Origin: a bacterium
Lineage (GTDB): Bacteria > UBA8248 > JACPRG01 > G963555815
Direction: 5' to 3'
Length of the DNA stretch: 64,000 nt
Assembly: GCA_965261595.1 (NCBI GenBank)
Contig: CBDHDG010000003.1
Span: 1 to 64,000, forward strand
Shown piece by piece: positions 1 through 8,458 of this stretch. Under the pieces are notes generated by a model. The model was not told the DNA's origin. It ran no database searches and saw nothing but the letters and a program-made list of their open reading frames with translations. The position numbers and the translations under genes are program-made. Within the stretch, counting starts at the first letter, position 1. Every line of letters starts with the position of its first letter.

Positions 1-665
1 CCTCCGGATCGGTGAACGACTGCAAGGCGGGACTCGAGCGCGCCGGGGCCGGCGGCCATTGCGGCTCGGTCTCCTGGTGCGTGGGCGCCGAGTGCGGAAC
101 CGCGGCGTCCCGGGCCAACACCGGGTTCGTCGATTCGGCGGCCCGGCTCAACATGGCCATCGAGCTGGGCGGAGAGGAATTCGACCGCCAGACCCTCCGG
201 TTCTTCAGGGGCGATCGCCAGTCCTGCCGGATCCAGTGGGGAGGCCTCGCCGATTGCTGCAAGAACTCGGGCGCGCTCGTGGGCGTGGCCGGCTGCACCA
301 AGGAGGAACGCCTCCTGGCCGAGGAGCGCCATGCCGGGAACACGCATTACCTGGGCAAGGGATGCGCGAAGCGGATCTTCGGCGTGTGCATCCGCTGGAA
401 ACGTTCCTGGTGCGTGTTCGGCTCCAAGCTCGGGCGCATCCTGCAGGAAGCGACACGCGGCCAGCTCGGGATCGGCTGGGGCAGCTGCCGCGGCTTCACG
501 GTCGATGAGATGGAACGCATCGACTTCGAGGCCGTGGACCTCTCCGAGTTCACCGAGAATCTGACCGACGGGTCGTATGAGCCCTCGATCGAGCTTCCGG
601 AAGCCGGCCGAACCGGCGCGGTGATGCGTGAGCGCATCCACGGCTTCTACACCAAAAGCAAGTGA
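1..665 (+). CDS. traN: F-type mating-pair stabilisation protein TraN, C-terminal part (runs off window)
   Basis: Cys-rich C-terminus (FFRGDRQSC...DCC...HYLGKGCAKRIFGVC...WCVFGSKLGRILQE...CRGFT...IDFEAVDLSEF); directly upstream of traF-traH-traG. Confidence 0.88.
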   Translation, partial: SGSVNDCKAGLERAGAGGHCGSVSWCVGAECGTAASRANTGFVDSAARLNMAIELGGEEFDRQTLRFFRGDRQSCRIQWGGLADCCKNSGALVGVAGCTKEERLLAEERHAGNTHYLGKGCAKRIFGVCIRWKRSWCVFGSKLGRILQEATRGQLGIGWGSCRGFTVDEMERIDFEAVDLSEFTENLTDGSYEPSIELPEAGRTGAVMRERIHGFYTKSK

Positions 666-676
666 AGGGGGCAGCC

Positions 677-1510
677 ATGACCATCCCGTACGCCCTCGCA
701 CTCGCCTGCCTCCTCGCCGTCCTCGCGGCGCTGCCCGCGGATGCGCGGGAATGGCGGCCTTGGTGCGGTCCCCGATCGGGCCCAAATCGGGAGACTGAGC
801 CCTCGCTCGGCTGGCACTTCTATTGCGACCGGAACGAGGAAGACGCGGAAGAGGACGCGCCGGCGGCGCAAACGCCTCCCGCAAGACCCTCTTCGCGGCC
901 CGAGACCGCAATGGAGCGCCTCCTGGGGATGCGCCGGGCCCTGGAGGAAGCCCGGGCCAGGGCGATCCTGGACCCGAGCCCGGAGAACGTCACGGCCTAC
1001 CTGCGCCTCCAGCAGGAGACCCTGCAAAAAGCCGCCTCCTTCTCGGACGCCTTCCGCCGCACGGTCTGGGCGAGCCCGGATCTCGATTACACGCTGAAGC
1101 GTCCGGTGGGCGCCCTGGCCAAGCAGGTCTGGTCGGAGCAGCGCCGGGCCGAGCGCGACGCCGTCCTGGCCCGGCTCGGCGAGCGTTACGGCCTCATCTA
1201 TCTCGGCCATGCGCGATGCCCGGGATGCCGCGTGTTCGGCCCCCTTCTGCGCGCCTTCGCGCTGCGCCACGGCCTCGACGTGCTCGCGGTCTCGATGACG
1301 GGCGAGCCCCTCGATGGGTGGCCCGAGGCGGTCCCCGACCAGGGCCGCGCCGCGCGTCTCGGCCTCGAGGCCCCGGTGTTCCCCGCCCTTGTCCTCTACG
1401 ACACGCGAACCAGGCGGGCGCTTCCGGTTTCCTTCGGCGTGGTCGCCAAGGACCAGCTCGCCGAGCGCATCTTCACCCTCACCGCACGGGAGATCGGACA
1501 TGACTATTAA
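677..1510 (+). CDS. traF: F-type pilus assembly protein TraF (thioredoxin-like)
   Basis: Signal peptide, GWHFYC motif, AILDPSPENV, C-terminal CPGC thioredoxin-like motif. Confidence 0.9.
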   Translation: MTIPYALALACLLAVLAALPADAREWRPWCGPRSGPNRETEPSLGWHFYCDRNEEDAEEDAPAAQTPPARPSSRPETAMERLLGMRRALEEARARAILDPSPENVTAYLRLQQETLQKAASFSDAFRRTVWASPDLDYTLKRPVGALAKQVWSEQRRAERDAVLARLGERYGLIYLGHARCPGCRVFGPLLRAFALRHGLDVLAVSMTGEPLDGWPEAVPDQGRAARLGLEAPVFPALVLYDTRTRRALPVSFGVVAKDQLAERIFTLTAREIGHDY

Positions 1511-2939
1511 GCAAAGGATTGCGGGCATGACCATGGCTGCCCGCGAATTCGTGCTCGTGTGGGCCATCTCGCTCTGCCTCGCCCCGCCCGCGGGCGCGGA
1601 CGTGCTCTCGGAGATGGAGAGCTTCTGGAGGGGCGCGGCGGTGAACACCACCGGGCCGACCGCCTTCGACGGCCAGGCCTCGGGCCACTGGACCCTGGGC
1701 AACCTCTACCTGCGCGCCCCCGTGCGCTCCGAGCCCATCGCCACGGTGAGCCTGCCCTCCTTCCGGGCCGGCTGCGGCGGCATCGACACGTTCGCCGGCG
1801 CCTTCTCCTTCATCAATTCCGACCAGCTGATCGCCTTTGGCCGCGCCGTGGCCCAGAACGCCGCGGGCTTCGCCTTCGAGCTGGCGCTCGAGACCATCTC
1901 GCCGGTGATCGCCGAGACCCTGTCCAAGCTCCGGGCCCTGGCCCAGTGGGTGAACAGCCAGAACCTCAACTCCTGCGAGACCGCCCAGGCCCTGGTCGGG
2001 GCGGTCTGGTCCAAAAACGACCGGGCGAGCGCGGCGATCTGTGCGGCCATCGGCACGCGACAGGGGATCTTCTCCGACTACGCCGCCGCCCGCCACGGCT
2101 GCGGCGCGGACGGCAAGCGCCACTCGACCCTGGCCGCCGCCTCGGGACCGCTCAAGGACCAGGCCCCGGTCAACGTCAACTACGCCTGGCGCGCGGTGAG
2201 GGCGTCGGGCTTCCTGGCGTCCGACCGGGATCTCGGCGAGTTCGCCATGTCGATCTCGGGCACCGCGATCGTCACCGCCCCGGTCTCCGACGGCGACACC
2301 TCCGGCCCCAGGATACGCATCCTGGAGCCGCTGGCCCTTGACCGCCGGGTGACCGAGATCCTGATGGAGGGGGGAGGCGACCTCCCGGTCTATCGCTGCG
2401 ACACCTCCGTCGACTGTCTCAACCCCGTCCTCGGACGGCTCACCGTGCCGGCGGCGCGGGGTTTCCGGGACCGGGTGGCCGGCCTGCTCCGCCGGCTGGT
2501 CGAGGCGGTGCGCGCCGACACGGCGCCCCCGGCCGACGCGCTGGGGCTCGTCAATCTCACCACCCTGCCGGTCTACCGGGTGATCAACACGGCCGCCGCC
2601 TACCGCGGGGCGGTGGTGGACCAGGAGGTGGACGCGCTGGCCGAGGCGGTGGCCCTCGACGTGCTCCAGGTCTGGATCTCGGACCTCCACCGGACGGTCG
2701 AGGAACGCGCCGGCACCCTGGACATCGCCGACGGCGACCAGTTGGAGCGCTGGCGCGAGGGGCTGCGCCGGAACCGGGCCGCCCTCGCCAAACACCGCCA
2801 CGAGGGGCTGGAGCGGTTCAACACCGCCCTCGCCGTCGTGGAGAAGCTCAGGCTGATCGAGACCGAGCTCGCGGGCGCGCTCTCGGCCGATCTCAGGGCG
2901 GCGCTCGCCTTCTCCCGGGGCGGCGCAGGAGCCCGGTAG
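1500..2939 (+). CDS. traH: F-type conjugative transfer protein TraH
   Basis: NTTGPTAFDGQASGHWTLG, LPSFRAGCGGIDTFAGAFSFIN, NSCETAQALV; start is 1500 or a nearby downstream ATG. Confidence 0.92.
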   Translation: MTIKQRIAGMTMAAREFVLVWAISLCLAPPAGADVLSEMESFWRGAAVNTTGPTAFDGQASGHWTLGNLYLRAPVRSEPIATVSLPSFRAGCGGIDTFAGAFSFINSDQLIAFGRAVAQNAAGFAFELALETISPVIAETLSKLRALAQWVNSQNLNSCETAQALVGAVWSKNDRASAAICAAIGTRQGIFSDYAAARHGCGADGKRHSTLAAASGPLKDQAPVNVNYAWRAVRASGFLASDRDLGEFAMSISGTAIVTAPVSDGDTSGPRIRILEPLALDRRVTEILMEGGGDLPVYRCDTSVDCLNPVLGRLTVPAARGFRDRVAGLLRRLVEAVRADTAPPADALGLVNLTTLPVYRVINTAAAYRGAVVDQEVDALAEAVALDVLQVWISDLHRTVEERAGTLDIADGDQLERWREGLRRNRAALAKHRHEGLERFNTALAVVEKLRLIETELAGALSADLRAALAFSRGGAGAR

Positions 2940-2950
2940 GGGCAACGACC

Positions 2951-5821
2951 ATGTACGAGCTCTTCACCCTGGGCGGCGGGACCTATCTGGTCGACCTGCT
3001 GAACGCGGTCGCCGCGATCACCGGCGGCGGGGCCTTCGTGACCCTGGCCCGGATCGCGGGCGTGGCCGGGCTCGCCTGGGTCCTGTTCCGCACCGCCTTC
3101 GGCGGCTCGTGGAAGGACAACGCCAAGTGGATCCTCCTCTTCATCGCCGTCTGGGGCGCGATGGTGGTCCCCAAGGCGACCGTGCGGGTCGTGGACCGGC
3201 TCGACCCGGCGCTGGCGCCCGCGGTCGTGGCGGGCGTCCCGCTCGGCCTGGCCCTCTTCGCCTCCCTGACGAGCCAGGTGGGCGACGGGTTGACGCGGCT
3301 CACCGAGCAGGCCTTCTCCCTTCCGGACGACCTGACCTACCGCCGCCACGGCCTGATCTTCGGCGCGAGGCTCGCGGCCGCCGCGACCCGCATGGAGGTG
3401 ACCGACACGGTGTTCGCGCGGAACCTCCGGGCCTACGCAAGGCAATGCGTGTTCCACGCCCTGCTCCTGGGCCACGTCTCGGCCGACGATCTGCGCGAGA
3501 GCACCGATATCTGGCGGCTCGTCACATCCACTGGATCGCCTTCCGCCGGGGCCTCGCCCGCGCGCATGGTGGAGTACGCGACCCGGGGGACGCCGTCCGG
3601 CACCGGCGCCACGCCAATCGATCGCGAGATCGTCACCTGCGCCGAGGCCGCCCCGCGGCTCAACGCGCTCTGGGGGGCCGAGATCGCGAGGGCGTCCGGC
3701 ATCTTCGGATGGAGACTCTTCCCCGGTGCGGCGACCGAGGCGCTGGCCCGGGCCGAGCTCATGGCCGCGCTGCCCGTGGCCCACGACTACCTGATCGGCG
3801 CCTCCAGGACCGCGGCCGAGATCCTGCGCCAGCAGATGGTCCTCAACACCCTCCACGGCGCGGGCGAGCAATGGGCCGCGGAGGCAGGCAACGCCGCCGC
3901 GCTCAGGTCCTATACCGAAGCCCGGGCCGAGGCCCAGACCGTCTCGGCCTACCGGGCCATCGGAAGGCAGGCCGAGACCTGGGTCCCGATGCTGCGCATC
4001 GTGTTCGAGTGCCTCTACGTGGGCGCCTTCCCCATGGCGGTGCTGCTCATGCTCACCCCCGCGGGCGGCGGGCTCTTCCGGTCCTACTTCGCCGGGATCG
4101 TCTGGATCCAGAGCTGGGGGCCGCTCTACGCGATCCTCCACCGGATCTCCATGGGCGAGGCCGCCGAGCGCATGAGCGCGGGCGCCCTCATGCCGGACGG
4201 CGAGAGCGGCGTATCGCTCGTCGCCCAGGCGGGGATCCGGGCCGTGGCCTCCGACGTGGCCGTGATGTCGGGCTACCTCTCGATGTCGGTGCCCTTCCTC
4301 GCCGCGGCCCTGGCCTACGGGGTGGGCAAGGCGACCATGCTCGCCACCTCGGTGCTCGCGGTCGGCCAGGACGCGGCCTCCTCGGCCGCCCACGAGGGCA
4401 CGACGGGCAATATCTCCCTCGCCAACACCCAGGCCGACGTCCACCGCTTCGCAACGCTCGAGGGCCGCCAGCTCCGCACCTCCATGCACGTCGATACGGA
4501 CCGCTATACCGGGTTCGCTCCCGAGGGCGCGGCCTTCACCGTGACTGGAGACGGTACCGCGGTCATGGACGCCGGCTCCGCCACCAGCCGGATCCCGGCG
4601 GCGGGCGTCAGACTCTCCGAATCCCTTGCGGTCAGCCACGAGAGCCGGGCAGGCGCCGCCCGGGAGCAGGCCCGGCACTGGTCGGCCGAGGCCGACACGG
4701 CGCGCACGGCCGTTGCGACCGATTCGGCGGCCATGGTCGAGCGGTTCTCCCGGGACGTGCACACGGGCCTCGCCCATTCGAGGGGCGTGACGGAAAGCGA
4801 GAGCACGCAAGTCCAGGCCCTGGAAAGCCACATGAAACGCCTCTCCGAGGCGGGCGGGATCTCGAAGGAGGAGGCGGCCGTTCTCATGGGCGAGGCCAGG
4901 GTGGGAGGGGGGTTCGACTTCATCGTGAAGTTCGGGGCCGACGGTTCGGCGAGCTGGCGGGGCCAGACCATCGGCCGGGAAGCCTGGAACCGGATGACCG
5001 ACTATGCCGAGCAGAACCAAGTGATCGATCACTGGTCCCGGGTCGCCGATGCCTCCAGGCGCTACTCCACCGCCTCGGGCGAGAGCGAGCTCAAGAGCCT
5101 GGAGGAGAGTTTTGGCGCCAACCTGACGCGGATGCGCCGCTTCGGCGAGCAGGAGGCCCTGAGCCACCGGGAAGCCGAGAGCTGGAGCTCTCAGGCGGCC
5201 GAGGTGCGAAGCCGGTCCCGGGCCGTCGACCAGGAGCTGGGCCAGCCCTTCTTCGCCTGGCTGACCGCCCGGCCTGGCGCCGACGGGCGCGAGATCGGCG
5301 TGGGGGGCGCCATGCGGCTCGCCTCGCCCCAGACCCCGGAGGACGCCGAAGAGCTGCGCGCGCATGCCGCCGCCTTCATCGCGGAGCGCTTCCCGGCGCC
5401 CGAGGGGGTGGATCCGGCCTCGGTCCCGGGGCTGGCGGACTACGAGCGGAGGAGAGACGGGCTGAAAGAGTATCACGCGGGCGAGACCGAGGCGGCCTGG
5501 GGCGGCTGGTCGGCCTCGGTGCGCGACCGCGGACGCGGGGCCGGGACGCCCGGGCCGGGAAAGGTCGAGAACCGGGCAAGGCGCGAAAGCGCCAGGACCG
5601 AGCATGATCTGAGGGTAAGGGAGGCGGGACGAGAGGAGCGGGCCGGGATGACGGACGAACGCATCGAGCAAGGCCGCGCGAAGGTCGCGGCCGAGGCCGA
5701 CAAACCCTTCGTCGAGCATGCCACCGAGGCGGTCCCGTTCATCGGGAAGTGGCTCGGCGGCAAGCTCTACGGCACCGCCAGGAACGCGGCGCCGGACCCG
5801 GGGAAGAAGGACGACCGCTGA
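2951..5821 (+). CDS. traG: F-type mating-pair stabilisation protein TraG
   Basis: N-terminal TM region (LLNAVAA...VVDRLDP...VPLGLA), WIQSWGPLYAIL motif, long Ser/Ala-rich C-terminus; follows traH. Confidence 0.92.
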   Translation: MYELFTLGGGTYLVDLLNAVAAITGGGAFVTLARIAGVAGLAWVLFRTAFGGSWKDNAKWILLFIAVWGAMVVPKATVRVVDRLDPALAPAVVAGVPLGLALFASLTSQVGDGLTRLTEQAFSLPDDLTYRRHGLIFGARLAAAATRMEVTDTVFARNLRAYARQCVFHALLLGHVSADDLRESTDIWRLVTSTGSPSAGASPARMVEYATRGTPSGTGATPIDREIVTCAEAAPRLNALWGAEIARASGIFGWRLFPGAATEALARAELMAALPVAHDYLIGASRTAAEILRQQMVLNTLHGAGEQWAAEAGNAAALRSYTEARAEAQTVSAYRAIGRQAETWVPMLRIVFECLYVGAFPMAVLLMLTPAGGGLFRSYFAGIVWIQSWGPLYAILHRISMGEAAERMSAGALMPDGESGVSLVAQAGIRAVASDVAVMSGYLSMSVPFLAAALAYGVGKATMLATSVLAVGQDAASSAAHEGTTGNISLANTQADVHRFATLEGRQLRTSMHVDTDRYTGFAPEGAAFTVTGDGTAVMDAGSATSRIPAAGVRLSESLAVSHESRAGAAREQARHWSAEADTARTAVATDSAAMVERFSRDVHTGLAHSRGVTESESTQVQALESHMKRLSEAGGISKEEAAVLMGEARVGGGFDFIVKFGADGSASWRGQTIGREAWNRMTDYAEQNQVIDHWSRVADASRRYSTASGESELKSLEESFGANLTRMRRFGEQEALSHREAESWSSQAAEVRSRSRAVDQELGQPFFAWLTARPGADGREIGVGGAMRLASPQTPEDAEELRAHAAAFIAERFPAPEGVDPASVPGLADYERRRDGLKEYHAGETEAAWGGWSASVRDRGRGAGTPGPGKVENRARRESARTEHDLRVREAGREERAGMTDERIEQGRAKVAAEADKPFVEHATEAVPFIGKWLGGKLYGTARNAAPDPGKKDDR

Positions 5822-5835
5822 CGCGACGGTCCCTT

Positions 5836-6204
5836 CTACGGGGACCGGGTGCTCGGGCCGTGACCGCGAAGGCGCCCGTGGTCGTGGAGATCCCGGTCCT
5901 CGACGTCGCGGAGCCAGGCGTAGCGGCCGGTCTTGGTCGACCAGTCGAACCGGTCGCCGCCCTCTTCCGGGAGCCCGTAGCGGCCGAAGGCCGACCAGTC
6001 GCCATAGCGGAACCCCCGCCACAGGGCGCACGCGAGGGCGGCAAGGACGGTCCAGAGCACCGCCCAGAACCAGATGGCCCCCAGGAAGCGGGCACCGATC
6101 GCGATGACGACGGAAAAGACGGTGACGGCAAGGGCGAGTGCGATCCCGCCGAGGACGAAGGCCCGGGCGCGCCAGCCGTTGGATGGGTCGGATGGATTGG
6201 ACAT
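5836..6204 (-). CDS. Small two-TM membrane protein convergent with traG (entry-exclusion candidate)
   Basis: 122 aa, two hydrophobic segments then a charged C-terminus; GAGGA RBS upstream. Confidence 0.65.
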   Translation of the reverse strand: MSNPSDPSNGWRARAFVLGGIALALAVTVFSVVIAIGARFLGAIWFWAVLWTVLAALACALWRGFRYGDWSAFGRYGLPEEGGDRFDWSTKTGRYAWLRDVEDRDLHDHGRLRGHGPSTRSP

Positions 6205-6375
6205 GGGTCGTTCCTCCGGGGTTGCGGTTCAAGTTCAAGCCTCTCGGGCGCCGGCCTCTCCGGTCCCGGCGTCCCGCGCCCTTGACCCCGCCTTCCTCGG
6301 CCTCCCGCCTGGCGCATTGCAACGGAACGGCGCCAAGACCGCCGCTATCCACACAACCTTGAATGGGAGAACCCG

Positions 6376-8457
6376 ATGATGTTCGGCAACGCAACGCTCA
6401 GGGGCGGCCAGACCCTGGCCCACGACGTCCACATGTGGGGCCAGCTGGTCCGCTGGGGGCTTTTGGGCATCGCCCTGACGGTCGTCCTGGTCCCCGCCGT
6501 TGCCTTGTTCCGCACGACCGCCGCCCATGAATGGCGCCTCGTCGGAACGGGCACCCTCGCCCAGGTCAAGCTCGCGCTCGGGTATCCACGTCATTCCCTC
6601 CAGGCGTACGAGTGGCGAGAGGGCCAAAAAACGGCCCTGAGAATCGTGGATATCGCCCAGGACCCCAGGATCGAAAGGATCCGGAAACGCATGCTCCATA
6701 CCGTCTACGCCAGGGCGTGGCTCGGCCTCTGGATCGGAGTGGGGGGCGCGGTCCTCTGTACGGTCCTGTTCTCGGTCCTGGGAAGGCGCCTGGACCGCGC
6801 CCAACGGGTCCGCGGCGCGGAAATGACGACGGCCCGGGAGCTGAGAAGGCGCGTGCAGCCCGTGTCCGCGCGCTTGGCGGAGGCCCTGTTCCCCGCCGCG
6901 CGCCGCGCCTCCTGCCGCATCGCCGGGATCCCCTGGCCCAGGCGCGCCGAGACCCAGCACACCATCGTCTCCGGCACCACCGGCTCGGGCAAGACCGTGC
7001 TGATCTCCGACCTCGTCGCCCGGCTCCGCGCCCGGGGCGAGCGCTGCATCCTCTACGACAAGATGGGGAGCTATACCCGCTCCTTCTTCGATCCCTCTTG
7101 TGACGTGCTGATGAACCCCCTGGACGCCCGGGCGCCCCGCTGGTCCCCCTTCTTCGAGGCGAGGACGCCCCGGGACTTCGACATGATGGCCGCGGCCCTC
7201 ATCCCCCAGCAGAAGGACACGGTGGATCCCTTCTGGGTCACCGCCGCCAGGCAGCTGTTCTCCAACGGCGCGGGCGTGCTCTGGAAGAAGGGCGTGACCG
7301 AGAACCGGGTGCTCGTCGACCACCTGCTCAAGACCGACCTGACGGCCCTGGCCCGGGCCATGGAGGGCACGGTGGCCCAGTCCATCGTGGACCCCGAAAA
7401 CCCCAAGACCGCCCTCTCGGTCCGGGCCATGCTGACCGCGCACCTGGGAGCGCTCGAGTTCCTGCCCGATACGGGAGAGCCCTTCTCGATCCGGGACTGG
7501 GTGGGCCAAGAGGACGGGACCGGGTTCCTGTTCCTGACCTCCCGGGGCGACCAGCACGCGAGCCTGAGAGGGCTCATCTCCACCTGGCTGGAGATCGCGG
7601 TGAACGCGCTCCTCTCCCTCCATCAGGACGACGCGAGAAGGGTCTGGGTGGTCCTGGACGAGCTGCCCACCCTCCACCAGGTGCCGAGCCTCCAGCCGGG
7701 GCTGGCCGAGTCCCGCCAGTTCGGAGGGTGCTTCGTGCTCGGGATCCAGGTGATCTCGGCCCTGCGCGACCTCTACGGAAAAAACGGGGCGGAGACGATC
7801 TCCGGGCTGTGCGGCACCCGGGTGGTGCTGGCCGCGCCCGACCAGGAGACGGCCCGGTGGTCGGCCGAAAGCCTGGGGCGGGGCGAGGTCGAGGAATACT
7901 CCCACGGGATGAGCTACGGGGCCAGCGTGCTGCGGGACGGGGTCTCGCTGACCCAGCGCCGGGAGATGCGCTCCCTGGCCCTGCCGTCGGAGATCATGCG
8001 GCTCGAGAACCTGCACGGCTACCTGAAGTTCCCCGGGCCCTGGCCCGTGGCCCGGATCGGGCTCGACTACGTCAAGAGGCCCAAGGCGGCCGAACGGTTC
8101 GTGCCCAGGGAGGATGGCGACACCGTGGAAACCCCGGAAAACACAGCGGAGGAGGCACCGGTAATCGGAGACCATCAAGGGGACATCGATCTCAAGAAAC
8201 CCCAGGGTTCCGGCCCGGCGACGCGGGAACGGGTCGAGACAACGGAGCCCAGGCAGGCCTCAGCGACACCCCGTGGAGAATCCACGAGGCAGCCTCACAA
8301 GAAATCCGAAAAGGACGAAACGGGTGCGGCCGATGATCATGGGACCGACACCGAAGGCGTCCCGGCCCTTTCGCTTCCGGGCAAGAGCGGGAACAGCACG
8401 CCCGGGTGCGGGGAGCCACGACCAAAGCCGCCTCAGGGCCGTTTGAGGCGCCTCTGA
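6376..8457 (+). CDS. traD: Type IV coupling protein TraD/TrwB
   Basis: Two TM segments, Walker A GTTGSGKT, NPLDARAPRW, Walker B VVLDELPTL, ESRQFGG. Confidence 0.95.
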   Translation: MMFGNATLRGGQTLAHDVHMWGQLVRWGLLGIALTVVLVPAVALFRTTAAHEWRLVGTGTLAQVKLALGYPRHSLQAYEWREGQKTALRIVDIAQDPRIERIRKRMLHTVYARAWLGLWIGVGGAVLCTVLFSVLGRRLDRAQRVRGAEMTTARELRRRVQPVSARLAEALFPAARRASCRIAGIPWPRRAETQHTIVSGTTGSGKTVLISDLVARLRARGERCILYDKMGSYTRSFFDPSCDVLMNPLDARAPRWSPFFEARTPRDFDMMAAALIPQQKDTVDPFWVTAARQLFSNGAGVLWKKGVTENRVLVDHLLKTDLTALARAMEGTVAQSIVDPENPKTALSVRAMLTAHLGALEFLPDTGEPFSIRDWVGQEDGTGFLFLTSRGDQHASLRGLISTWLEIAVNALLSLHQDDARRVWVVLDELPTLHQVPSLQPGLAESRQFGGCFVLGIQVISALRDLYGKNGAETISGLCGTRVVLAAPDQETARWSAESLGRGEVEEYSHGMSYGASVLRDGVSLTQRREMRSLALPSEIMRLENLHGYLKFPGPWPVARIGLDYVKRPKAAERFVPREDGDTVETPENTAEEAPVIGDHQGDIDLKKPQGSGPATRERVETTEPRQASATPRGESTRQPHKKSEKDETGAADDHGTDTEGVPALSLPGKSGNSTPGCGEPRPKPPQGRLRRL

Positions 8458-8458
8458 C

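Noticed and set aside
2600..6394. Very long antisense or alternate-frame ORFs (e.g. 1264 aa at 2600-6394, 832 aa at 3109-5607, 736 aa at 24531-26741, 708 aa at 36423-38549)
   Set aside because: High-GC shadow ORFs overlapping well-supported genes; Arg/Pro/Gly-rich with no recognisable motifs.
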